A stretch of DNA of 64,000 nt from Chthoniobacterales bacterium (GTDB taxonomy: Bacteria; Verrucomicrobiota; Verrucomicrobiia; Chthoniobacterales; Chthoniobacteraceae), in NCBI GenBank assembly GCA_038207335.1, contig JBBQZX010000016.1, forward strand, positions 32,001-96,000, read 5' to 3'. The position numbers and the translations under genes were made by a program. Positions 39,001 to 42,000 of the stretch are shown here, one piece after another (within the stretch, counting starts at the first letter, position 1; each line of letters opens with the position of its first letter). Under the pieces are notes generated by a model. That model was not told where the DNA came from. It saw only the letters and a list, made by a program, of their open reading frames with translations, and searched no databases.

Positions 39001-42000
39001 GAGATTTTAACAACCTGCTCGCCGCCGCCAGTCGTCGTGCGCTCGAGCCGGAAGTTGCCCGTGAGCGTTTGGCCGAGCACCGTGAGCGTCGCGGGATTGC
39101 CGATCACCGTGAGATTCGCCCCCGCGATGGCGACGGTGAAGTTGCCCGCGAACGACGCGCCGGGCACATCGGGTTTCAGGGTGCCCGTCGCGCTGCCGGT
39201 CACGCCGGTGTCGGTGATCGCGAGGCTGCCCGCGCCGCCGATGACTTCCGCGAGAGCCGGAGCGCCGAGCGTGAGGTGGACGTTGCTCGCAGAGACCGCA
39301 AGCGCCGGAGCAGTGCCCTGCGTGAAATTGAAATCGCCGCCGACATCGAAGCCCGCAACGCCGAACACGAGCCCGGCACCCGAAACGCTCGAAGCGCCCG
39401 TCGCGAGATTCAGCGCGACCGTCGCCGGGCCGACCGTCACCGCCCGCTGCACGGTCGATGCGGACGTGTTCTTCTGGATCACAACCGCCCCCGCGACCGT
39501 GGCATTCGGCACTCCCACGAGCGCGGCGCTGCCCGAGGCGCTGAACGCGTAACTTTGATCCGCCAAAATCACGAGCCCGAACTGCGCGTCGCTCACGCGA
39601 ATGCCGACGTCGTCCGCTGTCCCCGGCCCGCGTTTGTCGCCGACAAACGCCGCGACATTCGACGCGCCGACGAGAACCTCCGCGCCGTTCACCGCGACCA
39701 CGAAATTGCCAGTGAGGTCCGCAACCGGTGTGGCCAGTGTCAGCGTACCGCCGAGCGCAAAGCTTGTGTCCTGCGCGAAGTTCACCGGCACCGTCGCCGC
39801 ACCGACCGTGAGCGTCTGGTTCACCGCGCCTGAGTTATTCGAGAGGAGCGAAAGCGTTCCAGTAAAGTTGAGCCCGGTCACGCCGACGATGCTCGCCGTG
39901 CCGGACAAGTCGAGCGAGTAGGTACCGTCGGTGAAGAGCACGAGCCCGAGCTTCCCGGAATCGAGTTTCACGCCTTTGCCCGCGGTCCCGGCGAGCAACG
40001 ACACGCCGGTCAGCGCGAGATACGCGTAGCCATTCTCGCCACCCGCCGCCGGAGCGATCCCGAAGGAACCCGTCCCAACTGTCGTGGTGAGCGCAGCGGT
40101 CAGAGGCGCACCGCCGGCTAGGCCGTCCACGGTATAAAAGATGAGGCTGATGACCGTATCGAGGTCCGGTCGGGTCGTCGCGCTGAGTGTCGAGAGCAGT
40201 GGGCTCACGCGAGCGTAAATCTCCTGGCCCAAATCCACCGGGCTGATGAAACCATATTGAAGCAATTTCAACCCGCCGACGACCGTGCTGAGTTGCAGGT
40301 TGGTTGAAATCGAACTCGCGACCGGACGCACGCCGGTGAGTGCCTCGATGGTGCGCTGCTGCGCGTAGAGGTTATTAGTAAGGCCGGTGTGATCGACCGA
40401 GACACCCGCATCGATATGGCTGATCGCCGTCAGGACAATCTTGCCGCTCGCCAGACGTGCGGAGTCGCCGATGAACTGCCCAATCGACGACTCTGTCGGC
40501 ACCGTCCCGTCCCCTTCCGGTCCGCTCGGGTTGCTGCCGGCTTCGGCGAACCAATGGGTCGTCGATCCCGGCAGGTTCCCGACATATTGACTAAATGGAA
40601 GAATCTCATTTTTTCGCCCGAGGTTCGCTTGGAAACCCGTCTCGGCGATGACGCGGTTCTCCGTTTCGATCTCGTCACCGTAAATGACGGTGGTCGTTCC
40701 AAGCACGCGATCCACGAAAGCGTTCCGGTCGGTGCCGCCATTCAAGTCTTTAACGAGCGTGTTCTCAAATCCCCCGTTCGCAATCGTGAGCAACTCGAAT
40801 GTGCCATCATTGTCGAGATCGACAAAGGCATAAGTCGCGAGCAAATCCTTGAAACTCTCGACATAGCGGCCTATGAACCACGCTTGAGCATTCGCACCTT
40901 GCGCATCGAGTTGCGCTTTCGTCGTCGTCGAGCCGTCTGGATTCGTGATGGACTTGAGTCCGCTCGCAACGAGCTTATACGCCTCATTGATGGCGCGACC
41001 CAAAACGCGGGTGGATGCTTTATCGCTGAAATCATTTTGCAGCAATGAAAGCGTCCCGGCTGTACCCTGATTCGGCGCTGCGGATTCGACAAAGTTGAAA
41101 ACCTTCGGTAGCGTCTTGCCCGTCCCATAGGCTGCGCCATAAGCCGCACTCTCGATATAAGCACGGGCGATCAGGCCGCCGGTGCTGTGGGTCACGAAAT
41201 CGACGGCGGGCAGGACCGCCCCGGTCAGCGCGGACCAAGCCGAAGATGCTTTGTCCAGCCAATAACCAAGGTAATCGACGCCTGTCTCATAAACGGAGTC
41301 AGTGATGCCAGTCACGGTGACGTTGCTCAGATTTCCGTCAATCACGCCATCCTGCGGGGCGACCGGCAGACGCCAATCCCAGTTAGCAACGAACAAATCA
41401 ACGCCGGGAGTATAGCCCGCATTGATTAAAGACTGCTCCAAATTTGAATAGGTGTTCGTTAGCGGCTCAAGCACCAATTTTTCCGGCGCGAGGCCGCGAT
41501 TCAGCAGCCACTCCTCCACCCCGGCGGGCGTGTCGTCCGCGAAAAAACTGCCCGCAAAACCGGGGATGAAAATGACCGGACGATTAATTGTCGTGGCCGA
41601 ATGCGCGACGACCGTGAGGGTCAATTTGTGCGTCGCAGGATCATACGTGGGGCGGAAGTAGAGGCCGTTTCCGATCACCAGTCCGGCGTTATTGTCGAAG
41701 CTGCCAGACGCCGTTTCGAACGTCACGATGTCGAATTTCTGGCCGACTTGCGGTGAGAATCCGTTGATCAAAGTGACCTGCAAAGTGCCGCCAAATTCAA
41801 CCGCCCCCGTGACGTTGATTTGGTCGTATCCATTGTCGATCGGCGTGCCGGGTCCGGGAGTCAATCCGCCGATTTGGATCACCGCCGTGCCCGAGCGAGC
41901 GAACGTGAAATTGCCGGTGACGTTTTGGATGCCGGGGGAATTTCCGGGGCTCACGGTACCGCGATTGACGACGTCGCCGACGATCGTTCCGCTGCCCGAA

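Larger units (their letters stand above)
8300..40050 (-). repeat. Array of ~125-aa beta-rich repeats (type A, ~49 copies with a PAGP-like motif) punctuated by 7 variant modules (type B)
   Basis: Consensus LPAGPYLRVxGxxVxLxVAGQTLSGNFAFEQ...VRVAxxNVxLxLGDGTTxFVxVTNGxGxFxVTxAGxAG...VNxPGVTFSGTFxLxINNTxxAVxETFxVG. The plus-strand ggcccggcggg-like motif recurs about every 370-390 nt (e.g. 25074, 25441, 25806, 26172, 26548). Confidence 0.9.

Noticed and set aside
8300..40050. Periodic ggcccggcgggcag motif as a CRISPR or DNA-level repeat
   Set aside because: Copies vary at synonymous sites, stay in frame and are ~375 nt apart; they encode the LPAGP protein motif.
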